Below are positions 40,190 through 52,788 of a stretch of 64,000 nucleotides of DNA, piece by piece. The DNA lies in the NCBI RefSeq assembly GCF_902652985.1, contig NC_047028.1, forward strand, positions 19,344,001 to 19,408,000. Direction: 5' to 3'. How positions within the stretch are numbered: position 1 is the stretch's first letter; each line of letters starts with the position of its first letter. Both the position numbers and the translations under genes were made by a program. The notes below the pieces were generated by a model. It saw nothing but the letters and a program-made list of their open reading frames with translations, searched no databases and was not told where the DNA came from. Source of the stretch: Pecten maximus. Its lineage: Eukaryota.

Positions 40190-40645
40190 CATTTATTACA
40201 TTTTTACCAGTGAAATATCAAAAATTATTCATTCTATAAAAGTGATATTTTTCACTAGTGAAGAATATCATATTTTTCATAGTGAAAAATATCACTTTTG
40301 CTGATTTGACCAATCAAATTAATGATTAGAAAATACCAAAATAATTGACCAATCAGAAAGCCCGACATATATGTCAGCACCTGGACAGGGGAAACTACTT
40401 TTTTTGTTTACAAATTATCGCTGTAGTCCTAGTTAGCATACGGAGTAGGGTTTTCGTTGATAAAAAATGTAATAAACAGAATATCTAACAGTGTCTTCAG
40501 TAAAACCAAATATATTTCACTCGTGTGGCTAATATTTTGATATTTTTCACTCGTGCTGCGCCCTCGTGAAAAACATCAAAATATTAGCCCCACTCGTGAA
40601 ATATATTTGGTATTACTGAAGACACTGTTAGATATCCTCTATATA
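40190..40645. mobile_element. Hairpin-bearing non-autonomous element (Crypton-like by inference)
   Basis: Long palindrome 40478-40640 (atatctaacagtgtcttcagtaa..ccaaatatatttcac / gtgaaatatatttggtattactgaagacactgttagatat) plus a shorter palindrome aaaagtgatatttttcacta..tagtgaaaaatatcactttt. Confidence 0.7.
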
Positions 40646-41121
40646 TCAGTATGCGTATTCTATTATATCGAAGTTTCCTTAGCCTCGGTAAAAGTAAAGT
40701 TAGAAAGCTATTAGTTATTCCGACTGATGAAAAACGAAAAAAAAAAATCTTTTGTTTACCACACGTGGATTGTTTCTAATAATATCAGGGTGAATAGTGG
40801 AGCAATTATGATAAACTATTGATATGGAACACAACACAACACAAATGAATTATAACGAATGTATATTATGTTTTTGTTGAATATATACAGTGCTGTAAGT
40901 TGTGTACATAACCAGCGAGCTTTCGTCTCATAATACTACCTGCGATTATTTTGACATACATTTTAAAGTTATAAAATAATGTGCCAATCAAATTATTTCC
41001 TTCGATAGAAGTTTCTGTGTGAGTAAGATCAGTATATATCGTGAACTGAAACCTAATCTACGGCTGAGTATTCCATTTCATCTCCACCGCGAAATTACCG
41101 GTGTAAGTTATAAGCCAGTTA

Positions 41122-41292
41122 CACAGGGGAAAAGTCTTTTTGTCAATTCAGGTCAACTTCTTAGCATGAAATTGACCTGAAATTCTTCCATCTGAAGTTC
41201 AGAAAAAAATTGGCCAATTTCAGCTCAAATTCAGGTCAATTTAAGATTTACATTTTTTCAGGTCAAATTGACCTCAAGATAGTTTGCCTGTG
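41122..41292. mobile_element. MITE-like element with CACAGG termini and CAGGTCAA internal repeats
   Basis: cacaggggaaaagtctt..gtcaatt versus aattgacctcaagatagtttgcctgtg; several caggtcaa/ttgacct motifs. Confidence 0.55.
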
Positions 41293-41799
41293 AATCGTAA
41301 CAGACATAATTGTATATGATGAAAACCCGAGATGATAAAGAAAAACTCTGCAGGGACAATTTCACTTTATATTACGGATCAACACCGATAGGAGACCTGC
41401 CTTACAGTTAGAGAGTAAGAATCGTACCTGTTTGTCAATTACATGATTCGTAATTAGGAATATAATATTGGAACATGTTTCTTCGTCTTCAATAACTTTA
41501 ATAACTAAGTCATGTATATTAAACTTATTTGCTTAAAAGATATCAATAAATGTGGTTACTGGTATGGCCTGCGAAATTGTGTATTGTCACCTTGTATAGT
41601 AATTATAATATTTATATTATATATCACAAATGCTGACATTTGTAAATACTATTGTATATATGTTTATGGAAAAGCAGGTTTATAAGTTATACAACTTGTG
41701 TCTAATTCCGTTTAACTGTTTTCAAATAAAATATGTTTAAACTAAATAACTTTCGTCTTCATAATGTCTTCATTGACACCGTTCCACGGTTGGCTTCTA

Positions 41800-42080
41800 A
41801 TTAAGCTTTCGCCCTTGTTAAGAACGCTCCGAGTTCTGTCACCTGGTCTTAAAATACCTGAGTATATAAAAATGGTATCCGCTACTCCTGCTTGGCGCTC
41901 AGCACTTTTCAGAGTGGGACGACTGGTTTGACCGTTATCTGTTTAATGCCACTGAGTGGGATGTCCTGTTGGATGTTTTCGATAGTGTAGGCTTCAGTGA
42001 GCTAGCACTATGAAGTCGGCATCAATTCCACGCTATGACAAGGAGGCAAAGATACACAAATCCACTACAAGCAAACAAGA
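41800..42080 (+). mobile_element. Diverged SINE, same family as 23121-23649
   Basis: aaaatggta..gctactcctgcttggcgctcagca..gagtgggacgactggttt..cttcagtgagctagcact..tcggca..ctatgacaaggag matches the reverse complement of the 23.2-23.5 kb element. Confidence 0.75.
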
Positions 42081-43038
42081 TGCCAAAGGACACGAGGCTC
42101 TGTACCGGAAGAAAGTTTTCTACAATATATTCTGATTGTTTTTCCCACCGATTTTGCTCTCTACGTTTTCTTATCATCATTTTGATTTGTTTTACAAACT
42201 CGCAATTTTGTAGACCTGTACCTATTACTGAACGTGATGACATGCTATCTATAGACTGCTTCGAATTTCCTTGCTACGGTGTAATTCACAAATGAGCATA
42301 TAGTGATTTTAATAGAGATAAATCTATAGCTGTATGAATTTAGCAGCAAATGTTCACAATACTTAAATTATACGATTTATATCTCCTCATTTACTATCTG
42401 AATTCAGCGGCCATAGATTTTAGCAGGTGCTTGTTCCTTTGCTTGACGATGTGCTATCTGTCGTCTGTTTCTATATAAACTTCTTGCTTTTATTACGATT
42501 TTATGATAATAATATTAGACATTATCCTGAAAAGGGTCTGCTCTATTTTCAAATGTACTGATACACAGTTTTATGTAGCTACAAAGGACGCGGTGCAAAA
42601 TTAAGCTTAAATGATACGAGTTTTAAATGAGAGGCTGCCGGAATAACCTCTTTATTATATTAGCTGCAGGTAACTATCATTCATATAGCAGTTTTTCATA
42701 CACAATTCATTCCCCAAAGCTTGATCTGCACTAGGTGCTATAACTCGACAAATGCATTGTGTAACGCATTATAGTTTTGCTGGGAATGTTGCAAAAAAAA
42801 AAAAAAAAAAAAAAAACTAGTTTCGATGCCTTGTATTGAGATATAGGCCCTCGGCTATGGCCGAGACCGAAACATACAATGGACTGGGTACCTGTTAATT
42901 CCTGTAAGAACTCTGTCTAAATCAGAGATTTATAACGTGATCAATCTCTGAATCAGATACATTTCCTTCTGAAATTAGGTGCATTGCTGTGATCCCATGT
43001 GAAAGTCTACTGCACATGTATTTAAGCATTGTAAATGC

Positions 43039-43176
43039 TAAAACTGTAAATGGTAGTTTACAGTCGATATGAATACAATTTGGGTGACAGACAAATATAA
43101 TATGGCCCGTTATGGATATTTATCTGTACCCAAATTGTATCAATATCGACCGTATACTACCATTTTGTAACAGTTT
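43039..43176. repeat. Imperfect inverted repeat (also in the duplicate at ~58753-58889)
   Basis: aaactgtaaatggtagtttacagtcgatatgaatacaatttgggtgacaga versus tctgtacccaaattgtatcaatatcgaccgtatactaccattttgtaacagttt. Confidence 0.7.
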
Positions 43177-44522
43177 AATGCCTATATTTACGTTCATAAA
43201 TATTTTTTTTATTTACTGTTAGTTAAGACGCGTTTAAATTTGCCGCTTACCTTATCGCTGACGTCATCAGGTTCAAATAATGGAACAGCCGAAATTTCCA
43301 GAAGCAATAATATAATCCCCCATGTTGTTATTAATAGCAAACACATAAAATGGTTTTTGCACAAATTTGGATATCGTCAAATATTTCACAATTGCATAAT
43401 TTCTTATTGTTTAAAATCAAAGCCGTTTTACGGGTATTACACAGGACAGACTCGAATCCTCGGAGACACTTATTTTTTTTCTATTGACTGGATTTATGTT
43501 AATTTCAGAAGAATATCAGCTGTTCAATTCTTAATGAAAATCGGCTTGACTGTAGGTAAAATGATTTCATGGATACTTAGCAGACGATGGTCAGCTTCAC
43601 AGGGGCTCGATTTGTAAGGTAAGCCTTTGATATCAGTAAATAACCACAAAACTAAAATCCAGTATACATACACAATCGGAAACATACCGATACTCTCGAT
43701 TTTTTACAAGATTTTTTTTATTAATACTGGACTTTTACTGCTGTCGTGTCTTGCATTTCTGAAAATTCGGAAACGAGCCCCTGTTAGTGTGACGACTATT
43801 TGATAATTTCGTAAAGATCAAGAATGGCGCTTATAATAAGTTTGAGTTGACTCCATTTTTTTAACCATAAAATATTACTCTCATCACCTGGGATTTTGGT
43901 TTATTTTTTGTGGTAGCTTATGTAAATAAATGCTAGCACTCGAAAGCTCTCTAGGCCGAACGTACCTGGCGGCGATTGTTTTAACCTGCAACACATAGAG
44001 CTGTACTGTCTTCCTACACTGACCAAATCATTGTAAATTGTAGTATACAGTCTCATGAATACAATTTGGATTACTAACAACATACAGACAAATGCAACAC
44101 AGAACGTAAATACACTGTATATTGTTATATAATTGGTAATAATAGACGTTTACAAGAAAAACGTAGACGGTATTGTTAAATATCTTAATTAAGCGGTACA
44201 TATATATACATGTACATTGTATATACAAATATACATATACATAAGCTACATCTACCTGTTGCTGTGCTTGATTACATGTTATCTTTACTCTGTTCGATTT
44301 TAATTGTCTTACATTTTCACTTGGTAACCACGGTATTCCAATAATACATTACTTTATAACATCGTCTGGACAGCGACGAGTTTAATACAACAACCAAATT
44401 ATACCGGAAGCACTAGGCGGCGCTGCTCAGGAAGTTGGATTTTTATTATAATGATTTGATATACATGTATATAATTTTGTATTGCATTTGTTTGAAAGAA
44501 AAAAAAAAAAAAAAATAGCGAT

Positions 44523-45361
44523 TGTAGGCGTCGAGTACGCCTCGAAATCGCTCTGGCTATCGTAAATAAATGAGGTCAATTCCATCTTCCTGGCTTCATC
44601 TGTGTTTATTATCTTTGACATCAACTACATACAAGTATAGTACAGGTGTATTGACTCAGTGATAGTTCTACGTAGATAGATTGACTGTAACGAAAAGAAA
44701 CAGTACTTATTAGACTAATTAACTAAGCAACAGTTACTATTATGCCTTATCATCTATAACACATGACGAGTTTGATCTGTAGATGAGATCGAGACAACTC
44801 GCCCTCTACTATTCAGTATACAATACACATGACTTGACAAGACTAGGACGTTTCGGCCCAGAATGAATTTAACCGAACCTGATAAATATAGCAAAATACA
44901 ATACTATTACGATACTATTACTCTTACACATTTATAGCGAGTTAAACAGAAATGAAACAGCAATGTATCAATCATATCATAGCATACAAATACAGCAGAA
45001 ATCAAGTGATAGACTAGAATGCACGAGGGACTTGTCGTCTGTCCACGGTTCACTGACATATTTATATATTGGCCAAATTATCCAAAATGACATTATAACA
45101 TGATGACATGGATTCCTAAACAAGCATAAATCATATTCAAATCATTCAACAGTAATTAGTTACCGTATCGTATCCTACGATAGTCCGAACGAATCTTCTC
45201 ATACTCAAAACATGTGCTGCGCTTGGATAACGCTATCCCATAATATTCGTCTATACTAAAACCGGAAACCGGATAACCGTATTTTCCGGAATCTTAACAA
45301 AATTACCACAAATGAAACTAAACAATAAATTCAACATAAAACTAACATTTAGGCCGTAACA
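44523..45361 (-). repeat. 3' LTR of the BEL/Pao element
   Basis: tgtaggcgtcgag...ggccgtaaca, near-identical to 51555-52393. Confidence 0.97.
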
Positions 45362-45536
45362 TACCGGCCCCTTAATCGAGGCTTCAACCGAGATTATCAA
45401 TTCGCAAAAACGGCCTAATAACCATCAAACACATCAATTAAATCATTATGCTTAATCATAAAATAATTACAATTACAAAAGTACATATGATATTTTAGTT
45501 CGAATTGTCCTTTCACTCAAGCGTTCACCGTATCCA

Positions 45537-48500
45537 TTACTCAATGTCTGACTCGAGCAAGAGCACGAGTTTTGACACTGGACGCGTTAACACATTGGAA
45601 GGGGTCTTAACTTTCACGAATCGCACTAAGTCATGTTTGTCTTTCACAACTTCCTGAATCCTACCGGTTATCCACGCATGCCTAGGTGTACTATCAGCGA
45701 TCAGCACAAGATCTCCAGTCTGCATATTGCGTCGTTTCTTCATCCATTTCTGGCGGCCTTGCAGAAGCGGCAAGTATTCCTTGGTCCACCTATTTCAGAA
45801 AATATCTGAAAGGTATTGTATCTGTCTCCACCTCCTTCTGGCATAGTTATCCGTGGCGACGAATGTTGCAGGTGGGAAATACTCTCCAGGCTGAAGTAAT
45901 AGCAGATGGTTTGGGGTCAAAACCCGTAGGTCAGTTACGTTATCCGATGCTTCAGTTAACGGGCGTCCATTTAAGATAGCCTCTACCTCACAAAAGAGTG
46001 TCTGAAGTCCTTCGTCATCCAGTTTCGCATTCTGCTCATGCATAACAGAGTACAACACCTGTCTCACAGACCTAATGAGTCTTTCCCAGACTCCGCCGAA
46101 GTGAGAACCGGAGGGAGGATTGAATTCCCACTGAATGCTAATCTGCAACATGTTATCACGAATTTTGTCTGTGTTCCATTTCTGAATATTTTCCTTCATT
46201 TCTCGTTGAGCACCGACAAGGTTGGTTCCGTTATCCGATCTAATAAATACAGGTTTTCCTCTGCGAGCGATAAATCGTCGAATGGAGTTGATGCAAGAAT
46301 CTGTATCGAGCGACGCAGCAACTTCTAAATGGACCGCACGAGTCACAAGACAGGTAAACAATACCCCATATCGCTTTACCACACTCCTTCCACGTTTCAG
46401 TTCAAAGGGTCCGAAGAAATCCATCCCAGTTCTGCTGAAAGGAGGCTGATCAGCTGCGAGTCGCTCTGCGGGTAAGTTTGCCATCTTTTGCTCAACACAT
46501 GGAGCTCTGTATTTCCTACAAGTCACACATTTGGAAAGAATAGATTTCACCAGAGTGCGAGCACCAACAATCCAATATTTTTCTCGAATGAATGCAAGAA
46601 CAGTGTTCTTTCCTAAGTGACCACATGATCTGTGGGCATCATCCACAACGAGTCTCGATACGACAGATTCCCTAGGCAACACCACTGGGTGTTTTGCATC
46701 ATACGAAATTTCAGCTCTTTCAAGACGACCTCCTACGCGAATGACACCATCTTTAACAAAGGGGGCCATCTTGAATAATTTCGAAGTCTTTTTGAGTTTT
46801 CGCGACTGAACACCATTGTCCTGGTGAAGGATCTTGCTTTCGGCTGCGAAGTACTTTCGTTGCTCATACTTAATCAACGCGGCTTCAGCTCGTTCCAGAA
46901 TATCCACAGACAGGCACGCTGTACGAAGGTTTTTCTGTCCTTTGAGAAGTCTATCCTGTCTCTCTTTCGACAATGCTAACTTTATTTTCTGGTCGCGTTT
47001 CACAGGATCAGATTCTGAACTGCTGATGTCCTGTTTTATCTGCCGGCTCCTCTCAACAGCTCCCTGCAGGTTGTCCATAGCTCTCATAAGCCATCCAGTA
47101 GCTCTCCTAAGCTTATTAAAGTTGGAGTAATAGTCGAAAAGATTTTCGACACCACTGTTTGTGTCTAAAACAACTGATGTAGCGCACGCAGTCGTCCTTA
47201 TTTCAGGATCATTCTCTTTATCCGTGATCTTAACATCCTTTTCCACAACGGGCCATTCACGTTCGGATTTCCAGAGGAACATTGGTCCACGAGTCCACAG
47301 GTCAGGCAACTTCGAAATGCTCGTTCCTCTTGATGCAACATCAGCTGGATTCTCCTTAGTGTTGATGTAATACCAGTCATCTTCCGACGTAGCTTCGTGG
47401 ATAAGAGCAATGCGGTTAGCTACGAACGTGTGGAAGCGCAAATTCTTGTTTGCGATATACCTTAAGACTGAAGTGCTGTCAGTCCAAAAGAAGAATCGAT
47501 CTATGTTGTAATTCAGCTGTTTTGTCACCATCCTGACCAACTTCACTAGAGAAGAGGCAGCTGTAAGTTCCATCCGGGGTATAGTCACTGCCTTCAGTGG
47601 TGCGACTCTCGCCTTCCCGAACAAGAACGAGCAGTGGATCTTTCCAGTGACATCAACGAGTCGAAGATAGAATACCATTCCATATCCAATGTCACTTGCA
47701 TCTGCGAAACCATGAAGTTGACAGGAGGTTACCTTGCCGAGGTTTTTCCCTTTGTAACACCGATCAATGGTAACATGCTCTAGTTCAGGTAGCTGAAGCA
47801 GCCAATCGGTCCAGTCCTTCAGATCTTTTCCTGTGATCTCCTCATCCCATCCCTTACCATCCCTACAAAGTCTTTGCAGAATTGACTTGGCCTTAAGAAC
47901 AAACGGGGATGCAATTCCTAAAGGATCGTACACTGAGCTGGTTACTGATAGAATACCTCTTCTAGTAACGGGCTTGTCTTTCATCTGAATTTGGAATCCA
48001 AGGGAGTCATTCTCCATGAACCAATAAACTCTGAGAGCTCTTTCGATAGGTGGCTTACTATCCAGACTCCACAACTTGACTTCTTGGGCACGATCACCCT
48101 CTGGAATAGATTCCACAACCACATCACTGTTACTCGTCCATTTGGTAAGTCGGAATCCTCCGGATTTACACATTTGAGTCACATCATGTATAAGACTAAT
48201 CGCCTTCTTCTCTGTAGCAACGGAGGTCAGACAATCATCGACATACATATTTCTTTTCAGTGTGTCCTGAACTTCTTGGGGAAACCGTTTTTGACTGTCC
48301 TCTGCAGTTTTCTGAAGAGCAAAGTTGCAAACACTGGGAGATGATGAGGCTCCAAACAGGTGAACCGTCATCCTGTAGCTCCTTGGCTCATTCGCAGTAT
48401 TCCCGTTGGGCCACCAGTAAAATCGCAGATAGTCTCTTTCATTTACTGGGACCTTCACCTGATAGAACATCGCTTCAATGTCTCCAATGACAGCCACTGG

Positions 48501-51482
48501 TCCCTCCCGGAATCGCATCAACACACCAAGAAGATTGTTTGTAAGGTCAGGTCCCTGGAGTAAGTTGTCGTTAAGGGAGACACCTTGATATCGCGCAGAG
48601 CAATCAAACACAACTCGAATCTTGTTCTTTTTCTTGTGGTATACACCATGATGAGGAATGTACCAGACCTTTCCTTTGTCAAATCCCACAGGTGCTGGTT
48701 CCGCATGACCTTTCTCCAACAGTGTTTCCATGAAGGTAGTGTAATCTTCTTTGAACTTGGTATCTGCCTTGAACCTGTTCTCAATGCTGCGTAATCTCCG
48801 TTTAGCTATTACCGAGTTATCAGGCAAAATAGTGACCTTGTTACGAAATGGCAACGAAACGCAGTAATGTTCTCCATCCTTATAAATAGAGTTTTCAGCC
48901 ATATCCAAAAATTGTTTGTCCTCCCTCGAGTTTTCTTTTCTATCGTCAATAAGACGCTCAGGGAAATCCATGTTCATAGATCTCTTAACCATGTCTTCGA
49001 TGTCTTCTCCAGACTCATCCTGAATGTGAACTCTGTTGACACCTATAGTACCACTTTCTCGAAGAACATTCCAGACCACCCATCCGAGCTTAGTTCTTGT
49101 GGCATGTGGTGATCCACTAGGGCCTGCAAGTATCTCAATAGGCGAGTAGGCATCTGGTACGTTGCTGCCAATCATCAAACCTATCTCACAGTTAGGCTCA
49201 GCTAGTGAAACCTTTGCTAAGTGTTCCCACCTTGACACCTCTGCTTGTGTTGGGATGTGCTTCTTAGACACGGGCATTTTCTCCTTCGTGAACACTCGCG
49301 GAAGATCAATAGCATTTTCCGAGTCAATGTCACTTACTTGCAGTCCACTGATGGAAAATGTGTTCATGATAAATGGCTCACCCATTGTACTCAGTGTAAG
49401 CTGTGTCTTCTTACCTCTAGCTCCAAGCTGTTTCATAACTGTCTCGGTGCAAAACGAAGCACTACTACCTGTATCCAAGAATGCGTATGTCTCTATACTA
49501 TGAGGTTTATCACGCAAGCGAATTCTAACTGGGACTATCGCCATGGCACAAGACACATCCCCCTTTTGATCTTCTTTTGCGATAGCATAACCAGTACTGG
49601 CATTCGATACACTAACAACTGACGAGCTTTCTTCGTTGTGTAAGATAGATGGATGACATTTTTTGCATATGCCGCACTTGGAACGATTACGGCATCTCTT
49701 CGACAAGTGGCCTTTCTTGAGACAGCCAAAGCATAATCCCTTTTCTTTAATGAAGTTGACTCTTTCGTTCATAGGTTTGGCAGTTATCTTTTTGCAAGAA
49801 TCCAGAGAATGGGAAGTAGAGTCACAGAAGAAACACTTATAATTCGGGCCTGGAGGAGGTACAGTCTCACTGGTGCTCTCAGGTATAGAATCTGTAACAA
49901 TCTCTGGAACTGCATTGCTGGAACGTGCAATCTTTGTCTGAGTCTTTGGTCTTGAAGTCCCAGTGGCATTACTTCCATACGTAGGGTCGTTGACTTTCTT
50001 AGCCTCTGCCTTCACAAACTTCATCAAGTCTTGGAACCGAACCTTCCTCTTCGCTTCCTTGTACTTGTATACTTGGTTCCTCCATTTATCATGCAGATAG
50101 AAGGGTAGTTTGAGCATTAATTTCTTAATATTGTCCGAGTAGTCAAGAACGCCATTTGATTTTGTGCCAACTGCATTATCACAATCTACAAGAAACAAAG
50201 AGAAGTCATCGAGTGCCTTCGGGTCTCCAGGACGAATGGTGGGCCAGTCTAATGCTTTCTTGATGAAAGCTGTCGCTATAACTTCCTCATCGCCATAGCG
50301 ATCCTCCAGCTGACTCATGGCTGCCTTATAAGCCTTGTCGCCGTTAAGATGGCTGAATCCTGACACCACTTTATGTGCATCTCCGAATGTAAGTTGTTCA
50401 AGGTAGTTCATCCTTTCATCGTCATCATCAGTGTTGATTACAACCTTCGAGTGAAATTGACGAATAAATCTGCGATATTCTAGAGGATCTCCACTAAACT
50501 TCTTTACCTCTGCCACAGGTTTTCTTAAATGTTGAACTACCGACTGAACTACGGTTTGTGAATGGGACGAATCAACATATTGTTCAGGTAGTGTTCTCGA
50601 TGACACTTCTGCTACACCAGTCATATGTGGTCTAGGTCTATCATATAGGACTGGAGGGGGACTTGCACAAACACTTTCATCTGTAAATCGTACAGGCAAT
50701 GGTCGCGGCTTAGGGGAGGTAAATCGCGGTTGCTCGAACGCAAGAGCCTGGTCAACTGAATCATTAAGATTTTCATTTGAGTCGTACTTGTCGAGTACTC
50801 CGCTTCTCGCTTGAGCGACAGCTATACCGGTATCAAGTTCCAGCTCTTCCTCTTTGAGCTTTAGCGACAACTTAGCTAACTCAATTTCATGTTTCTTTGA
50901 TAACGCTAGTTTCCTTGTCTCTAATTCTACCCTAACCTGTTCTTCTTTGATACGTTTCAGAGACGCGTATGAACTGGCAGTACTGGAAACGGATACATTA
51001 TCATCGGCTTCTGGATCAGTTTTCTTTACAATGCCTTGGTCTATTTTCTCGCCAGCCACACTCAACTCTTCGGCTACAGATAAAGTGTTCTTACTCAATG
51101 TCATAGCACTCCGCGAAGAAATGTAGTTCTCAATCCAACTTTTGAATTGTTTCGCAGAACCATAATTCTCATTGAACCTTTGAATAAGCTCATCATGCTC
51201 ATGGGAAGAGACTTGGGGCAGCAAAATGTCATACAGTTCCAAATATTTTTCGAACTCACTCATCCACATACTGTATTTTTTACGCACAATATCCAAAGGT
51301 TCGTCATCTTCAGTGGCTATTTCTTTTAAATATCTCTCTGACCTACATAGAGACTTGTATTTTTTGTCAAGTTGTTCCATATTGTACTGCATGCCTTTCT
51401 CACTAAATTTTCTGGCCCGTCCAGAATCTGAATTTAAGTCATACATGTAACCTTCTACAGCTTCACTGTCTCTAGTAGCCAT
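45537..51482 (-). CDS. BEL/Pao gag-pol polyprotein with one in-frame nonsense codon at 45795-45797
   Basis: Three Cys/His knuckles (CFFCDSTSHSLDSC, CFGCLKKGHLSKRC, CGICKKCHPSILH), protease FLDTGS, RT YVDD, RNase H HGFADAS/WTDS/NPADVASRG, integrase H..H/CVTC, DFFGP, SDNGTN, GVWERLI; first ATG at 51482; frame continues DIF*NRWTKEYLPLLQGRQKW to 45537. Confidence 0.95.
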
Positions 51483-51554
51483 CTTGTTCCAGATCTGTAT
51501 CACTTAAAAGCTTGAAGATCATACCTCTTACATCTGGGATGATACGTCAATGAA

Positions 51555-52393
51555 TGTAGGCGTCGAGTACGCCTCGAAATCGCTCTGGCTATCGTAAATA
51601 AATGAGGTCAATTCCATCTTCCTGGCTTCATCTGTGTTTATTATCTTTGACATCAACTACATACAAGTATAGTACAGGTGTATTGACTCAGTGATAGTTC
51701 TACGTAGGTAGATTGACTGTAGCGAAAAGAAACAGTACTTATTAGACTAATTAACTAAGCAACAGTTACTATTATGCCTTATCATCTATAACACATGACG
51801 AGTTTGATCTGTAGATGAGATCGAGACAACTCGCCCTCTACTATTCAGTATACAATACACATGACTTGACAAGACTAGGACGTTTCGGCCCAGAATGAAT
51901 TTAACCGAACCTGATAAATATAGCAAAATACAATACTATTACGATACTATTACTCTTACACATTTATAGCGAGTTAAACAAAAATGAAACAGCAATGTAT
52001 CAATCATATCATAGCATACAAATACAGCAGAAATCAAGTGATATACTAGAATGCACGAGGGACTTGTCGTCTGTCCACGGTTCACTGACATATTTATATA
52101 TTGGCCAAATTATCCAAAATGACATTATAACATGATGACATGGATTCCTAAACAAGCATAAATCATATTCAAATCATTCAACAGTAATTAGTTACCGTAT
52201 CGTATCCTACGATAGTCCGAACGAATCTTCTCATACTCAAAACATGTGCTGCGCTTGGATAACGCTATCCCATAATATTCGTCTATACTAAAACTGGAAA
52301 CCGGATAACCGTATTTTCCGGAATCTTAACAAAATTACCACAAATGAAACTAAACAATAAATTCAACATAAAACTAACATTTAGGCCGTAACA
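51555..52393 (-). repeat. 5' LTR of the BEL/Pao element
   Basis: 839-bp match to 44523-45361, five substitutions seen by eye. Confidence 0.97.
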
Positions 52394-52688
52394 GCGATGA
52401 AACTGGACATATATACTTCGTCAGGCTCTAATAGTGCCCTGACAATATCCTTCACTCTCCTAAATTCAATTTAATTAGAATATCAATATTTACAAAATTA
52501 TGCTCCAGGTCAATCCGACTAATGTTCAAGAATTCCGAAGGAATCCCGCAGCTGCATTCATGATGTCAATATTTGTTACATGTGATAAAATTCCCATTTA
52601 GCGTCTGATTGGACAAAACCTTTTTATTCTTATATTCATTTATGTCTGAAATGTGTTTCTCTATTTTCTTTTTACAAAATATTATTTT

Positions 52689-52788
52689 NNNNNNNNNNNN
52701 NNNNNNNNNNNNNNNNNNNNNNNNNNNNNNNNNNNNNNNNNNNNNNNNNNNNNNNNNNNNNNNNNNNNNNNNNNNNNNNNNNNNNNNN
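52689..52788. other. Assembly gap (100 N)
   Basis: Run of N. Confidence 1.

Larger units (their letters stand above)
44523..52393 (-). mobile_element. Full-length BEL/Pao LTR retrotransposon
   Basis: Two 839-bp LTRs with TG...CA ends, 5-bp TSD GCGAT (44518-44522, 52394-52398), polyprotein order gag-PR-RT-RH-IN, PPT-like AAGGGGCCGGTA next to the 3' LTR. Confidence 0.98.

Noticed and set aside
42022-44228. Short ORFs repeated at 57714-59990
   Set aside because: Shared only because of the recent duplication; frames differ by indels between copies
46038-51450. Many short ORFs overlapping the BEL polyprotein
   Set aside because: Antisense or alternative-frame shadows
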